DNA from: an uncultured Fibrobacterota bacterium
GTDB lineage: Bacteria; Fibrobacterota; Chitinivibrionia; Chitinivibrionales; FEN-1185
Assembly (NCBI GenBank): GCA_963729895.1
Contig: CAVSQB010000023.1
Span: forward strand, 14,030-78,029
Direction of reading: 5' to 3'
Length of the DNA: 64,000 nt
Shown here: piece after piece, positions 18,751 through 28,432 of the stretch
Position numbering within the stretch: the stretch's first letter is position 1
How the letters are laid out: each line of letters begins with the position of its first letter
The notes under the pieces: generated by a model
The model's input: only the letters and a program-made list of their open reading frames with translations
Told to the model about the DNA's origin: nothing
The model's database searches: none
Program-made: the position numbers and the translations under genes

Positions 18751-19788
18751 TCAGTCCTTGCTTGCCGCGATTGATATCTTCTGCACACCCGCAAGAGTGC
18801 ATTGGTCGATTACCTCGACCGTCCTGCCGACCGATCCGTCCCGGTCAGACACGATCACCACCGAAATATCTGGCTGTTTGCCGACCTCCTGCTCCACAAG
18901 CGTGCGAATGCGTTCGACCGTGGTCTGGCGTCCGTAAATGTGCACCGTGCCTTCACGGGTGATTCCGATAAGTATCGCCTTCTGCCCGGCAGGACGCGCA
19001 CTCTGCGCCTTGGGCTTTGAAACGTCCACGCCGGTCTCCACATACAGGTTTGCAGTGACCACGAAGAAGATCAATAAAATCATGATCGTGTCGACAAAGG
19101 GCGCAAGGTTGATTTCAGGGTTCTGGTGTTCCTCCTGGAACGGGTTGTTGATGGGACGCATCGATCCTCCTTTGGAAGGTTCGGCCTTTGCCTCTGGACG
19201 GCCGCGCAGAAGTTTACTTAATAGTATGTCCCGGTCTTCGCGAAGGCCGGCAATAAGCTTTTCTTTTGCGGTATTGAGATAATTCAGGAACAAAAGCGAC
19301 GACACGGCCACTGCCAGACCGGTCAGCGTGGCCTCGAGCGCCATGGAAATACCGTTGGCCATGATTGTCGGATTGCCGAAACCAAACTCGCCGATAATGG
19401 CGAACATGCTGTTCATACCGGTGATGGTACCGAGCAGGCCCAAAAGCGGCGCCATAACGATGCAGGCGGTGATGGTGGAAAAACCGCGGTCGAGCCGGGG
19501 CTTTATTTGGATTAAGAGCTCTTCGAACGTGCGTTCCGCCTGCTCCGGTTTGATCCCCGGGCTTAGCATCCGCTTGACAAAAACGTCAAAGGCGGAGTAG
19601 CCTGTGCGCGTCGTCGGTCCCGCCTCTCGGGTCACGAGTATGGCGTGAACCCGTGTGCGCGCCTTACGCAGCTGCGCGAAGCGGACCAGCTTTCCGAATA
19701 CGATATGCCACACCACGACCGATACGGCAAAAATGGGAAACAGCACCCATCCGCCTTCATAAAAGAGCTTCAAAAACGGTGTGAACAC
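18751..19788 (-). CDS. ExbB-ExbD in-frame fusion (ExbD moiety 18751..19161 has its own SD and ATG)
   Basis: MAPLLGLLGTITGM..GISMALEATLTGL (ExbB), then INLAPFVDTIMILLIFFVV (ExbD) with no stop between. AAGGAGG-ATCG-ATG at the junction. Confidence 0.85.
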   Translation of the reverse strand: MFTPFLKLFYEGGWVLFPIFAVSVVVWHIVFGKLVRFAQLRKARTRVHAILVTREAGPTTRTGYSAFDVFVKRMLSPGIKPEQAERTFEELLIQIKPRLDRGFSTITACIVMAPLLGLLGTITGMNSMFAIIGEFGFGNPTIMANGISMALEATLTGLAVAVSSLLFLNYLNTAKEKLIAGLREDRDILLSKLLRGRPEAKAEPSKGGSMRPINNPFQEEHQNPEINLAPFVDTIMILLIFFVVTANLYVETGVDVSKPKAQSARPAGQKAILIGITREGTVHIYGRQTTVERIRTLVEQEVGKQPDISVVIVSDRDGSVGRTVEVIDQCTLAGVQKISIAASKD

Positions 19789-19791
19789 TTC

Positions 19792-21258
19792 TTATTCCTT
19801 AGGATAGACGGCATCGAGTATGGCAATCGTGTCATTCTCCAGGTCCGCCATGAGACGGTCCTTGGCGGAACGAAGCAAGTCATGGATAAAAAGTACGGGA
19901 ATGGCAATGGCCAGACCGGTTTTCGCCGTAATAAGAGCCTCGGATATTCCGCCTGCAAGAAACTTTGGGTCCCCGGTTCCATAGTGGGTGACCTCAGCGA
20001 ACAGCGTGATCATGCCGCTTATGGTTCCCAAAAGTCCAAGAAGCGGAGCTGCGCCCGCGATGACCGCCAGCGTATTGAGATTGCGGCGCAAGGGAGGGGT
20101 CTCTAGCGACAGAATTTCGTACACGGCTCGTTCACCTGTCTGCCTGCCTTGGCTTTGTCGTTCAAGGCCGGCTTGAACTATGCGGGCAATTACCCCCTTC
20201 TTGCATGATTGCGCCCAAGCCAAAGCGGCGGCATAGTCTTTCTCATTAAGGAACTTCATTGCGGTGGCATATTGGCGCTTGAGCAGACGACCGCGCCCTG
20301 CATATTGAAGGATTTTGCCGATCGTCAGGTAAAGCACCCAGAAGGGAAGCATGAGCAGGGGAATCATTACCCAGCCGCCCTTGGCGAACGATTCGTACAA
20401 CGCAAGCCACGTAGATTGGCTTTTTCCGGCAATCAGCAAGCGGGCCTGGTCATTCTGCATCACCTCCATGAGCACATTTCCGGAAATGCGGCCGGTCGAA
20501 AGCCATTTAGGGAACTGTTCTGTCAATTTTGCCGCAAGCTGGGGCGCCGCGATCTTTTCCACGGAATACCGTTCAGCGCCCAGCCTGCCTGTTTGGCGCA
20601 GATAAAAGCACGTTCCCGCGGCCGAGTCGATGCCGTAGCCGAACACGTTGCCGAAACGCGAAATTGTCAGTTGTTTCGGCCCGCCTTCTTCGGGGAGGAC
20701 CACCGCCCTGGTGAGCAGTATGGAATCGCCGCGGCCGTACCATGCCAGCCGGTAATTGACAAAGTCTCCAAAGGCCGCGGCGAGCGAATGATGTTCGTCT
20801 AGGGACGCCCGGATCTTTTCGAGCTCGGCGCGGCGGATCTCCTTGTCGAGCGGAAAGACCTCAAGGAGGCCGTCCGCTTCTTTCTGAAAAATGTCCTTGA
20901 TCTGGTTTTGCAGGTATGTCCACTCATCCTTTTTCGCTTCGAGGTTTTTGACTTCATCCGCGAGCGACTGTTCGCGGCTGAGTTCTTCTTCCTTGATCCG
21001 CGCGAGTTCCGTCTCCATGCGGTCCTGCTGTTCGTGCAGCTTGTCGAACTCGTCCTTGTTCGCCTCTTTCATTTCCACGGCCTGCTGCTTGATCGAGTAT
21101 TCCTTTGTAATGAGCTCCTGCAGGCTGTCGCGCGCCTTGTCGAGGGAGTTCTGGAGTTCCTTGCGTTCCGCTTCCTTCATCGCCTGGATCTTTTCGGCCT
21201 TGCCGGCAAAAGATACCGTGACCGTAAGGAAAAGAATTGCGAAAAGTATCTTTTTCAT
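19792..21258 (-). CDS. Large MotA/TolQ/ExbB protein with periplasmic coiled coil (TtpC-like)
   Basis: Signal peptide, long coiled coil and C-terminal APLLGLLGTISGMI..AGGISEALITAKTGL. Confidence 0.87.
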   Translation of the reverse strand: MKKILFAILFLTVTVSFAGKAEKIQAMKEAERKELQNSLDKARDSLQELITKEYSIKQQAVEMKEANKDEFDKLHEQQDRMETELARIKEEELSREQSLADEVKNLEAKKDEWTYLQNQIKDIFQKEADGLLEVFPLDKEIRRAELEKIRASLDEHHSLAAAFGDFVNYRLAWYGRGDSILLTRAVVLPEEGGPKQLTISRFGNVFGYGIDSAAGTCFYLRQTGRLGAERYSVEKIAAPQLAAKLTEQFPKWLSTGRISGNVLMEVMQNDQARLLIAGKSQSTWLALYESFAKGGWVMIPLLMLPFWVLYLTIGKILQYAGRGRLLKRQYATAMKFLNEKDYAAALAWAQSCKKGVIARIVQAGLERQSQGRQTGERAVYEILSLETPPLRRNLNTLAVIAGAAPLLGLLGTISGMITLFAEVTHYGTGDPKFLAGGISEALITAKTGLAIAIPVLFIHDLLRSAKDRLMADLENDTIAILDAVYPKE

Positions 21259-22082
21259 TTTGCGCCCCCTTGTCCCGCGTCGACGCCAAGAGGGAGATTT
21301 ACAAACGCCGGCAGTGATTTTCCTTCCCGGACGTTAACCGCCTGAAGGACCATCATGGCGGTGCCCGGCGAATTCAGGTTCTTCCAGTGAGGAGCGCCGT
21401 CGTTTCCCCATCCTGTGAAAACGGCGCATTTCTCCCCCTTGGTGTCAACTACCGCCTCGAATATGGTCCCGATGCGAAGACGGTAAACCATGCCTGGTAT
21501 GTCGGGCGTCGGCGAGCTTTCCTGCGAAACTTGGATGCCGGAGCTGGCTTCGTCGAGCTTGTTAAAGATCTGCACCAGCCGTGTACAGCCTTCGACAATG
21601 TCGACCGATTTGGTTGTCAGGTCATTGATGAGAAGGGAAAGGCCCGAAAGCGTGGGTGCCATGATAAGCGGCGGAAGCCTCTTCACCGCCGGAGTAACGT
21701 TGTTGCAAAAGGAGATCAGTTTCTGGCGGAACTCGTCCTGCGACAGCTCGATCTCATGGCGTTGCGCAAGCACGCCGCTGATCCGGGCTGCGAGCGCCTC
21801 ATCGGCTCGGGACTGGACGGTGGTCTCGGACTTCAAAGTATCAAGCTGACTCTGGGTCTGGGCCAGATGCTGGGAAGTGCGTGCACGGTACGCATCGAAG
21901 TCTTGTTTGTCCTTTTCCATTTCCTGGCCTACTCGCTCGGCGTCCACCTGCGATTGTATGAGTTCCTTTCGCAGCCGCGCGATTTCATCATCGATCGACG
22001 GGGGCGCGACCTGGGCCGCGACTGCAAAGGTGCAGAACGCCAATGCCGCCGAGAATTTCACCGAGCGAACCATCTTTTTCAT
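21255..22082 (-). CDS. DUF3450-like periplasmic coiled-coil protein (TtpB-like)
   Basis: Signal peptide, coiled coil, LRIG motif and C-terminal FVNLP. Lies between the receptor and the TtpC-like gene. Confidence 0.7.
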   Translation of the reverse strand: MKKMVRSVKFSAALAFCTFAVAAQVAPPSIDDEIARLRKELIQSQVDAERVGQEMEKDKQDFDAYRARTSQHLAQTQSQLDTLKSETTVQSRADEALAARISGVLAQRHEIELSQDEFRQKLISFCNNVTPAVKRLPPLIMAPTLSGLSLLINDLTTKSVDIVEGCTRLVQIFNKLDEASSGIQVSQESSPTPDIPGMVYRLRIGTIFEAVVDTKGEKCAVFTGWGNDGAPHWKNLNSPGTAMMVLQAVNVREGKSLPAFVNLPLGVDAGQGGAK

Positions 22083-22141
22083 GTGCTTAGTCTCCATTCA
22101 GAAAAATCTTTTTGCAATTCGCACGATTGCCGGAATTGGGA

Positions 22142-22177
22142 TGAAGGGCCTGCGGTTTTTCGCGGGCAGGCCCTTCA
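22142..22177 (-). terminator. 12-bp GC-rich hairpin after the TonB-dependent receptor (terminator or mRNA stabiliser)
   Basis: TGAAGGGCCTGC..GCAGGCCCTTCA. No strong U-tract. Confidence 0.45.
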
Positions 22178-22191
22178 CCGCACATACAGAA

Positions 22192-24399
22192 TTATGTCTT
22201 CAAACGCAGTCCAACATACAATTGCCTTCCGCGCAACGGCCCCCAAATATGCGAGGTATTGAAATTGCCTTGAGCATCCCAATAGTGAGGATCGTCGTGG
22301 GCTGACCCTGTCTGGGTGTAGTTGAGCAGATTCTCGGCTCCCGCGTACAGGTCCAGCGTCTTAAGCAGCTTCCAACTCGCTTTCATGTTGACAACGAAAA
22401 AACCGGGCGCCTGAGTGAGTTTGGGATCGCTTGCTACGCCGTTTTCAAAAACATTGTATTGATTGGCATAGCCGTATGGCGTCAGGTCTCGCGGCGCGGT
22501 CCAGGCCACGTCTCCGGAAAGTGAAGCAGGTCCATAGTTCATTTCGAGGCGTCCATTGACCTCGGTTTCCATGGCAGCCACCAGTTCGACCGCTTTGTAT
22601 TGATCGGGAATCTGCTGGTGTTCGACGCCTATGCCCACCTTGAGCCATGTCCATGGAAGAAAGGAGGCTTCGGCATCAACATCCAAAAACGGAAGCTGGA
22701 CACTATCATTTCGCAGGATTGGACGGGGCAAAGTCGAATCGTCGTCAACGTATTCCAGATTAGAGACCTCGGTGAAATAACTGCCGACGGTCAGGTTCCA
22801 TTGCGACCTGTCGAAAGATAGCGAGCCCCCTACTCCTTCGGCACTCTCCAGCCTGCTGACGCCAATGTCGAAGCCGTTATTCAACAGGCCGTGGTCCAGT
22901 TCAAAGAAAGTGAGGGGCGCGCGCCAACCCAAACCTGCGGACAAGCGGCCCGTGAGGCCTTCGATAAACTCCCAACGCAGGCTCGCTCTCGGCGCGGCTA
23001 TGAAATTTTCGATTTTTTCGCCGGGCTTATTGATCCAATTCACCTCGATATCATCCAAGCGCAGCGCCAGGGACAGGTCGCGCTGATGCCCGAAGTTCCA
23101 CACGTCCTGCAAGTAACCGCCTCCGAAAGTTGCGTTATAGGAATCCGGAGTAATCCCAAGGACTTGGTAATAGTAGTGGGATTGCGACGCCATTTTCTCG
23201 ATGTTGCCGTCAATGCCCAGTGTGAGGGTGTTAGCCCAGGCGGTTGCTTGCCAACGCAAGTCCCCTACAAAATTATTGTCAGAATTGTTGTAATCCGCGC
23301 CACCTTCATACTCGGACACCTGCGATTGGCTGGCCATGCCCGCCCGCAACTGCCATGTACCCAAGTACGGCGAATCCCAGGTGAGCGTCCCCGCACCTTC
23401 GTCGCGAGTTGTTTGGATCCATTCAATAATATCTATCGGATTGCCTATAAAGGCATTCTCTACATTCCCTCCAACGTAGAGCGGAATTGAATCCGCCGGC
23501 CCCACAGCCGCGCCCATGTGATTTGATGTCATCGCAGCGCCGAAAACCTCCGAGTAGCTGTGCACGTACCGCAGATTCCACGACCAGTTTTCGCCGATAA
23601 GACCGTTCAGTCTCAACAAGGCGCTTTCGTCGTTGAGAGACGGAGACTCCGAAACGCCATTGCCGTCGGCATCCCATTGTCCTTCATAAAAGTGGTGCGC
23701 GGCAACGAGAACGCCGAGTTTCCCGCTGTCTACCACGGCTGTTCCCGAGAACGAAAGATGATTCCAATCATTATTGCCTAGAGCGGCGTCGGCAGTGATG
23801 GAATTACGAATAGGGTCACGAAAACGGACATCCATTGCACCACCCATGGCGCCTGGAGCCAGGAGAGAAGCGCCAGGCCCGCGCGAGATATCAATGTCCG
23901 TGACTCCGGCGGTTGTGAGCGCGTCAACGCCGTAGAAACTCGTTACGGGAGTGTAAATCGGAAGGCCGTCGACAAGAACGGTTGTATGATTTGCGCCCAG
24001 GCCATTGATCTGGATTTGCTTGAAACCGCATGAACTGCATCCTGTCAAGACACAGACACCCGGTTCGGACGTCACCGCCTGAGTAAAATCATCCGCATTT
24101 TTGAGAAAAATTGCCTCGGGCGTAACAATGTTGGTCGGCTGGATTGCATTTGACAAAGCGCCCAGGCGGTCCAACCTGGCTTCGTTAAGCCTTTGGGTGG
24201 TGACGGTCATCGTGTCGAGCAAGTGTATTTTTTGCAAAGAGGAATCCGCCTTGGTTTGCGCCTGCGCAAAATATGCAAAAGTGAAAAGAACGGTCACCAC
24301 GAACAAAAACGGTTTTCGCGCGGGATTATCTGAAATAACGATTTCCGAAAGCCAGCCTATGCGTAGTTGATATATTAATAATTCTAAATTGAATTTCAT
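22192..24399 (-). CDS. TonB-dependent receptor with Cys-rich plug
   Basis: TonB box-like DTMTVT, plug CVLTGCSSCG..VLVDGLP..IDISRGPGASLL, C-terminal GRQLYVGLRL. SD GGGAGG before ATG 24399. Confidence 0.9.
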   Translation of the reverse strand: MKFNLELLIYQLRIGWLSEIVISDNPARKPFLFVVTVLFTFAYFAQAQTKADSSLQKIHLLDTMTVTTQRLNEARLDRLGALSNAIQPTNIVTPEAIFLKNADDFTQAVTSEPGVCVLTGCSSCGFKQIQINGLGANHTTVLVDGLPIYTPVTSFYGVDALTTAGVTDIDISRGPGASLLAPGAMGGAMDVRFRDPIRNSITADAALGNNDWNHLSFSGTAVVDSGKLGVLVAAHHFYEGQWDADGNGVSESPSLNDESALLRLNGLIGENWSWNLRYVHSYSEVFGAAMTSNHMGAAVGPADSIPLYVGGNVENAFIGNPIDIIEWIQTTRDEGAGTLTWDSPYLGTWQLRAGMASQSQVSEYEGGADYNNSDNNFVGDLRWQATAWANTLTLGIDGNIEKMASQSHYYYQVLGITPDSYNATFGGGYLQDVWNFGHQRDLSLALRLDDIEVNWINKPGEKIENFIAAPRASLRWEFIEGLTGRLSAGLGWRAPLTFFELDHGLLNNGFDIGVSRLESAEGVGGSLSFDRSQWNLTVGSYFTEVSNLEYVDDDSTLPRPILRNDSVQLPFLDVDAEASFLPWTWLKVGIGVEHQQIPDQYKAVELVAAMETEVNGRLEMNYGPASLSGDVAWTAPRDLTPYGYANQYNVFENGVASDPKLTQAPGFFVVNMKASWKLLKTLDLYAGAENLLNYTQTGSAHDDPHYWDAQGNFNTSHIWGPLRGRQLYVGLRLKT

Positions 24400-24577
24400 A
24401 TGCCTCCCGAGTCGCAAAGTTAAACACATTGCTTTAAGGAATAAGCGCTGAAAGCCCGGGAGAGTTCGGCCTATTAAATTAGATGCTCAGTCTGAATAAT
24501 ACATGCTTTGTGCGTAGATAATTTAGACCTGGAGCGCCTTGTTTGCCTCCCTGGCCGGTCAGCAAAGGGGACGTGTT

Positions 24578-24892
24578 TTAAGAAACCGAGATCAAAGCGG
24601 GAGGTGCGCGGCTATCAAAAGAGGACAAAATGCGGGGAATGCAATAGTGTACTACGTGGCAAGGCAATTCTTCAATGGAGCCGGTGGCCGTTGGAAGAGA
24701 AAAAACCGCTTCAGCAACCGGGGTGTGGTTCTGCATGGTGCAGAAAACGCAATCATCATGATCCACACCGTCGCTATGGTGGTGGGTAGGTAGGGCAATG
24801 CCCAAAAACAAGCAAATATATAGCGAAAAGAAAATCTTTAGAAAAAGATTTTCTTGTATACCTTGAATAAGGAAAATCGGTTTATTGCACAT
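24578..24892 (-). CDS. DUF2946-like leader peptide (TM, His-rich/CxxC, C-terminal RAPP)
   Basis: KIFFSLYICLFLGIAL-PTHHHSDGVDHDDCVFC..FDSRAPPALISVS*. Directly upstream of a TonB-dependent receptor. Start codon uncertain. Confidence 0.72.
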   Translation of the reverse strand: MCNKPIFLIQGIQENLFLKIFFSLYICLFLGIALPTHHHSDGVDHDDCVFCTMQNHTPVAEAVFSLPTATGSIEELPCHVVHYCIPRILSSFDSRAPPALISVS

Positions 24893-25033
24893 GATAACCA
24901 ACTCAATATACGTATCGGCAAAGCGTTTATTGACGACCCTTTTCCGGTTCCCTCCGAATATTTCAAAGAACAAAAAAGCAACAACTCTACCATGCGGCGC
25001 CTGCTGACGTCGCTAAACCCCGACAGGTTTTTA

Positions 25034-27259
25034 TCAAAACCTTGTCGTCAGGCTCAACCGAAAGCTAAGCGGTTCGGACGGATGAATTTCAAAGTCGTTG
25101 ACGCCCGCGGCAGGTTCTCCCTTCAGGCGGGTTGTATAGTAATATTCCATGTCGTTGACTTGTACGTTAAAGATATTTAGTACGTCAAGGGTGAGCCGCA
25201 CGTTGCGATTGAAATCGTACGCGACCTGGCCGTTAAAGAGGGTAGAGGGCGACGACCGCTCGCTGTTGTCCTGGGTAAGCGCCCTGGGGCCAACGTAGCG
25301 CATAAAAAGGCTTGCCGACCATGGCCCGAGCCTGTGGATGGAGGCGCCGGCCGACACAGCAGTCTCAATGGCCTCCGGCACATATTGTCCGTTGGTATCG
25401 GGGTTAATGAAACGAGCCTGAGAATACGCCATGTCAAGGTCAAAGAGCAGCCAGGGCAGCGGCTGCCAGCGTTCGCTCCACTCAACGCCAGTGCGGCGGG
25501 ATGGCGCCGAGGCGTCGGTGGTTCCTTCGTCTGCGTCCCACACCAGCTCGGAGTTAAAATCCAGAAGCCACAGCGCAAGCGAGCTTTGCAGTCCGGGAAC
25601 GGCGTCGTTGCGGCCGCCGATTTCAAACCCGCGTGACCGCACCAGAAGCGTCACTTTGTCAACCGAATCGCCCGACTTCTCATTTATGGTTGCGGTGGCG
25701 CCGCGAACGTCGTTTGAGTGATACCCGTCGCCGTAATCGGCATAGAACTCTGTTTTCGCCCACGGCCCTAAAACGGCCGTGACCTTTGGCAAAAGAATGC
25801 TCCCTTCCGCACTCCCGGAGTTTACCGTGTAGTCCGAACGCACATCGGCATTCAGGTATACCCCTCTCAGCCCGAGCATAACCTTCATCCAGGGCGTTAG
25901 CCTGCTGTCCAGCTCGGCCCAGGGTTCAATTTTTGTTTCGACAACGCTGTCCACACCCCAGGATTTGAGAATCCGTCTGTCTACAGTGTGGTAAAGAGCC
26001 ACCGGATCAATCAGGTCGCAACGCGCATCGAGACCTATCCTGGCCTTTTCCTGAAAGCCAAGCAACGAGAATTCCCGTTGCCAATTGTCCGATGTTCCAA
26101 AAAACCACCTGTTGTCTTTCTGGTTCATCTGATCCCCGTTCACCGTGTCGTCCAGAAAGTAGGTGAAATTTGAGAAAAGATTCATGGCGTACTGCACAAG
26201 GTATGCGTTAGCCGAAAGCACGCCGCCCCCAAGCTGTCCTTTCCAGGAGGTTGACAGGCTGTAGCGGTGAGACGTGCCGCCGTCGCTGGAATCCTCGGTG
26301 CCCCAGATGCTGATCAGGCCCTCGGTAACGGCCCGCTGAGGTATATGGTTGGTGGCGTTCCACTCACCCGAATAATACATAGCTTCTACATCAAAAGTTC
26401 CCTCGCCGAGCTGTCGAGACCAGCGCAGCATTCCGTTGTACTTGTTATAATCCTGGGGAACAACGAACGGCCCGTCCTGGTGCATGGCCTCAAGCCCGAG
26501 AAGAAGTTTTCCACCGGCAAGATCGGTGGATGCGGCGCCAAGGGAACGGTAGTAGCCGTAGGAACCAACGGTTGCCGTTACAAAAGGGCGACCAAGCTGT
26601 TTGTCATAGAATATGTTGATGGCTCCCGCGGAAGAAAAATCGCCCTCTGCCGCGTTGTAAGTTCCCTTGAAATAGTCGGCATGGTCGATGAGTTCCGGGA
26701 TAACGAAATTGAGATCGTCGTAGCCCTGACCGTGGCCCTGCGTAGGCAGGTTCACCGGCACGCCATCGACCGTGGTCGCAAAGTCGGTCCCGTGGTCGAG
26801 ATTGAAGCCGCGCAACAGAAACTGATTTGCCTTTCCTGCGCCGCTATGCTGCGTGACGATGAGACCGGGAACCAGTTCTTCAACCTCACCGGGCCGCAGT
26901 ATCGGACGATCCTCCAGGAGTTGACTGGAGTAGGTTCCGCTGCTGGCGGCGCTGGCGACCCCGACCTTGTCCTGGTAATGTCCGATCACATTGATCGGTG
27001 TGAGCTCCGTTATTCCAGACTTCGTTTTCACGGGCTTGGTCGTCTGGGCGCTGGAATCGTTTACCGCCTTGGCGGTGTCATTGGGAACCGCAACGGCCGA
27101 ATCGCTTTCCACCGGAACCGGTATCTCATCCGGATGAGGAACCTCGGCCCGGCACACGCCTGCAAGAAACAGTCCCGCGAGCAAAAAATGATGAGCTTTC
27201 CCAAAAAGAAATCCTGCCGTATCACCGTATAACCGCGCTAAACCGGAACACTTTCTCAC
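25034..27259 (-). CDS. TonB-dependent receptor (probable Ni/Co uptake)
   Basis: TQHSGAGKANQFLLRGFNLDHGTDF plug motif and C-terminal F. GGAGG-AAACT-GTG start at 27259. Confidence 0.9.
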   Translation of the reverse strand: MRKCSGLARLYGDTAGFLFGKAHHFLLAGLFLAGVCRAEVPHPDEIPVPVESDSAVAVPNDTAKAVNDSSAQTTKPVKTKSGITELTPINVIGHYQDKVGVASAASSGTYSSQLLEDRPILRPGEVEELVPGLIVTQHSGAGKANQFLLRGFNLDHGTDFATTVDGVPVNLPTQGHGQGYDDLNFVIPELIDHADYFKGTYNAAEGDFSSAGAINIFYDKQLGRPFVTATVGSYGYYRSLGAASTDLAGGKLLLGLEAMHQDGPFVVPQDYNKYNGMLRWSRQLGEGTFDVEAMYYSGEWNATNHIPQRAVTEGLISIWGTEDSSDGGTSHRYSLSTSWKGQLGGGVLSANAYLVQYAMNLFSNFTYFLDDTVNGDQMNQKDNRWFFGTSDNWQREFSLLGFQEKARIGLDARCDLIDPVALYHTVDRRILKSWGVDSVVETKIEPWAELDSRLTPWMKVMLGLRGVYLNADVRSDYTVNSGSAEGSILLPKVTAVLGPWAKTEFYADYGDGYHSNDVRGATATINEKSGDSVDKVTLLVRSRGFEIGGRNDAVPGLQSSLALWLLDFNSELVWDADEGTTDASAPSRRTGVEWSERWQPLPWLLFDLDMAYSQARFINPDTNGQYVPEAIETAVSAGASIHRLGPWSASLFMRYVGPRALTQDNSERSSPSTLFNGQVAYDFNRNVRLTLDVLNIFNVQVNDMEYYYTTRLKGEPAAGVNDFEIHPSEPLSFRLSLTTRF

Positions 27260-27311
27260 AGTTTCCTCCCTCGGGGACCAACCGGAAATAATCGGCGCAT
27301 GCCTCTTTGTG

Positions 27312-27370
27312 GTGGCATGAATATACATTTAGTGCTACAATTGGTGGCATAAAAATATTTTTCATGCTAC
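27312..27370. promoter_or_regulatory. Two tandem NikR-type operators (7-13-7 palindromes)
   Basis: GTGGCAT-N13-GTGCTAC (27312-27338) and GTGGCAT-N13-ATGCTAC (27344-27370), both with AT-rich spacers, between the divergent receptor and cbiM. Confidence 0.75.
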
Positions 27371-27407
27371 TTCATCCATCCATTATTTTTGAGTAGGGGA
27401 GTCTTCT

Positions 27408-28097
27408 ATGCATATTCCCGACGGCTATCTCGGCCCCATCACCTGCGGCATCGGCTATGCCGCGATGGCGCCGATCTGGGTCATCGCTTCGCGCCGCGTG
27501 AAAAAAACGCTTGCCGCGAAGCAGGTGCCACTGCTCGCCATCGGCGCTGCGTTCTCGTTTGTCATCATGATGTTCAACGTCCCGATCCCGGGCGGCACCA
27601 CCGGCCACGCCGTTGGTGCAGTGCTTGTCGCTATCCTGCTCGGCCCGTGGGCGGCATGTATTGCGGTAAGCGTGGCGCTTGTCATTCAGGCGCTGCTTTT
27701 CGGCGACGGCGGCATCACCGCCATCGGCGTGAACTGCTTTAACATGGCTTTTGTCCTTCCGGCAGCGGGGTTCCTGGTGTACAAATTGATAAGCGGCAGG
27801 AGCTCCGTCTCGTCTTTCCGGAGAGTTGTGGCGGCCGGTGCCGCAGGATATTGTGGTCTTGTGATCGCGTCTTTGTGCGCAGGCGTTGAACTGGGCCTTC
27901 AACCGTTGCTGCACCACACGGCGTCGGGCCAGGCCCTGTATTGCCCCTACGGAATACGGGTTGCAGTCGCCTCCATGGTCGGCGGACACGCGCTCGTGTT
28001 TGGGTGGGTGGAATGCATGGTGACGGCGCTTGTTGTCAAGTTCCTTCAGATTCAGGAGCCGTCGCTGCTTGGAACGGACAAGAAAGCTGCACCATGA
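27408..28097 (+). CDS. cbiM: ECF transporter substrate component CbiM/NikM
   Basis: Invariant N-terminal MHIPDGYL, GTTGHAVG and QALLFGDGGITAIG. Confidence 0.93.
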   Translation: MHIPDGYLGPITCGIGYAAMAPIWVIASRRVKKTLAAKQVPLLAIGAAFSFVIMMFNVPIPGGTTGHAVGAVLVAILLGPWAACIAVSVALVIQALLFGDGGITAIGVNCFNMAFVLPAAGFLVYKLISGRSSVSSFRRVVAAGAAGYCGLVIASLCAGVELGLQPLLHHTASGQALYCPYGIRVAVASMVGGHALVFGWVECMVTALVVKFLQIQEPSLLGTDKKAAP

Positions 28098-28432
28098 AGA
28101 CCGCCGCAAAGCTGTGGGTCGGTCTCGGCGTTCTTGCCGTACTGTCACCCTTGGGCCTGTACCTGCCGCAGAAATTCAAGGCGGGATCCGCTTGGGGCGA
28201 GTGGAGCGCTGAGGAAATGCACGGCCTTGTGGGGTATATTCCCAAAGGGCTCAAGAAACTGTCGTCTTTATGGAGCGCTCCCTTGCCCGATTATGCATTC
28301 AAAGGATGGCGGAACCTCTCGCTCGGGCATCTGAGTCTGGCGTATGTCGTTTCCGCCGTGCTTGGCATTGCGCTGTGCGTGGGACTCGCTTTCTTGCTCG
28401 GCAACATCCTTTCCAAAAAGGAATCGCACTGA
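28094..28432 (+). CDS. PDGLE-domain NikN/CbiN-like component
   Basis: Two TMs, AWGEWS..WSAPLPDY. ATGA overlap with cbiM. Confidence 0.85.
   Translation: MKTAAKLWVGLGVLAVLSPLGLYLPQKFKAGSAWGEWSAEEMHGLVGYIPKGLKKLSSLWSAPLPDYAFKGWRNLSLGHLSLAYVVSAVLGIALCVGLAFLLGNILSKKESH

Noticed and set aside
27260..27328. Extended N-terminus of the TonB receptor in the ORF track
   Set aside because: Overlaps the operator palindromes. A GTG with a GGAGG SD at 27259 is better supported.
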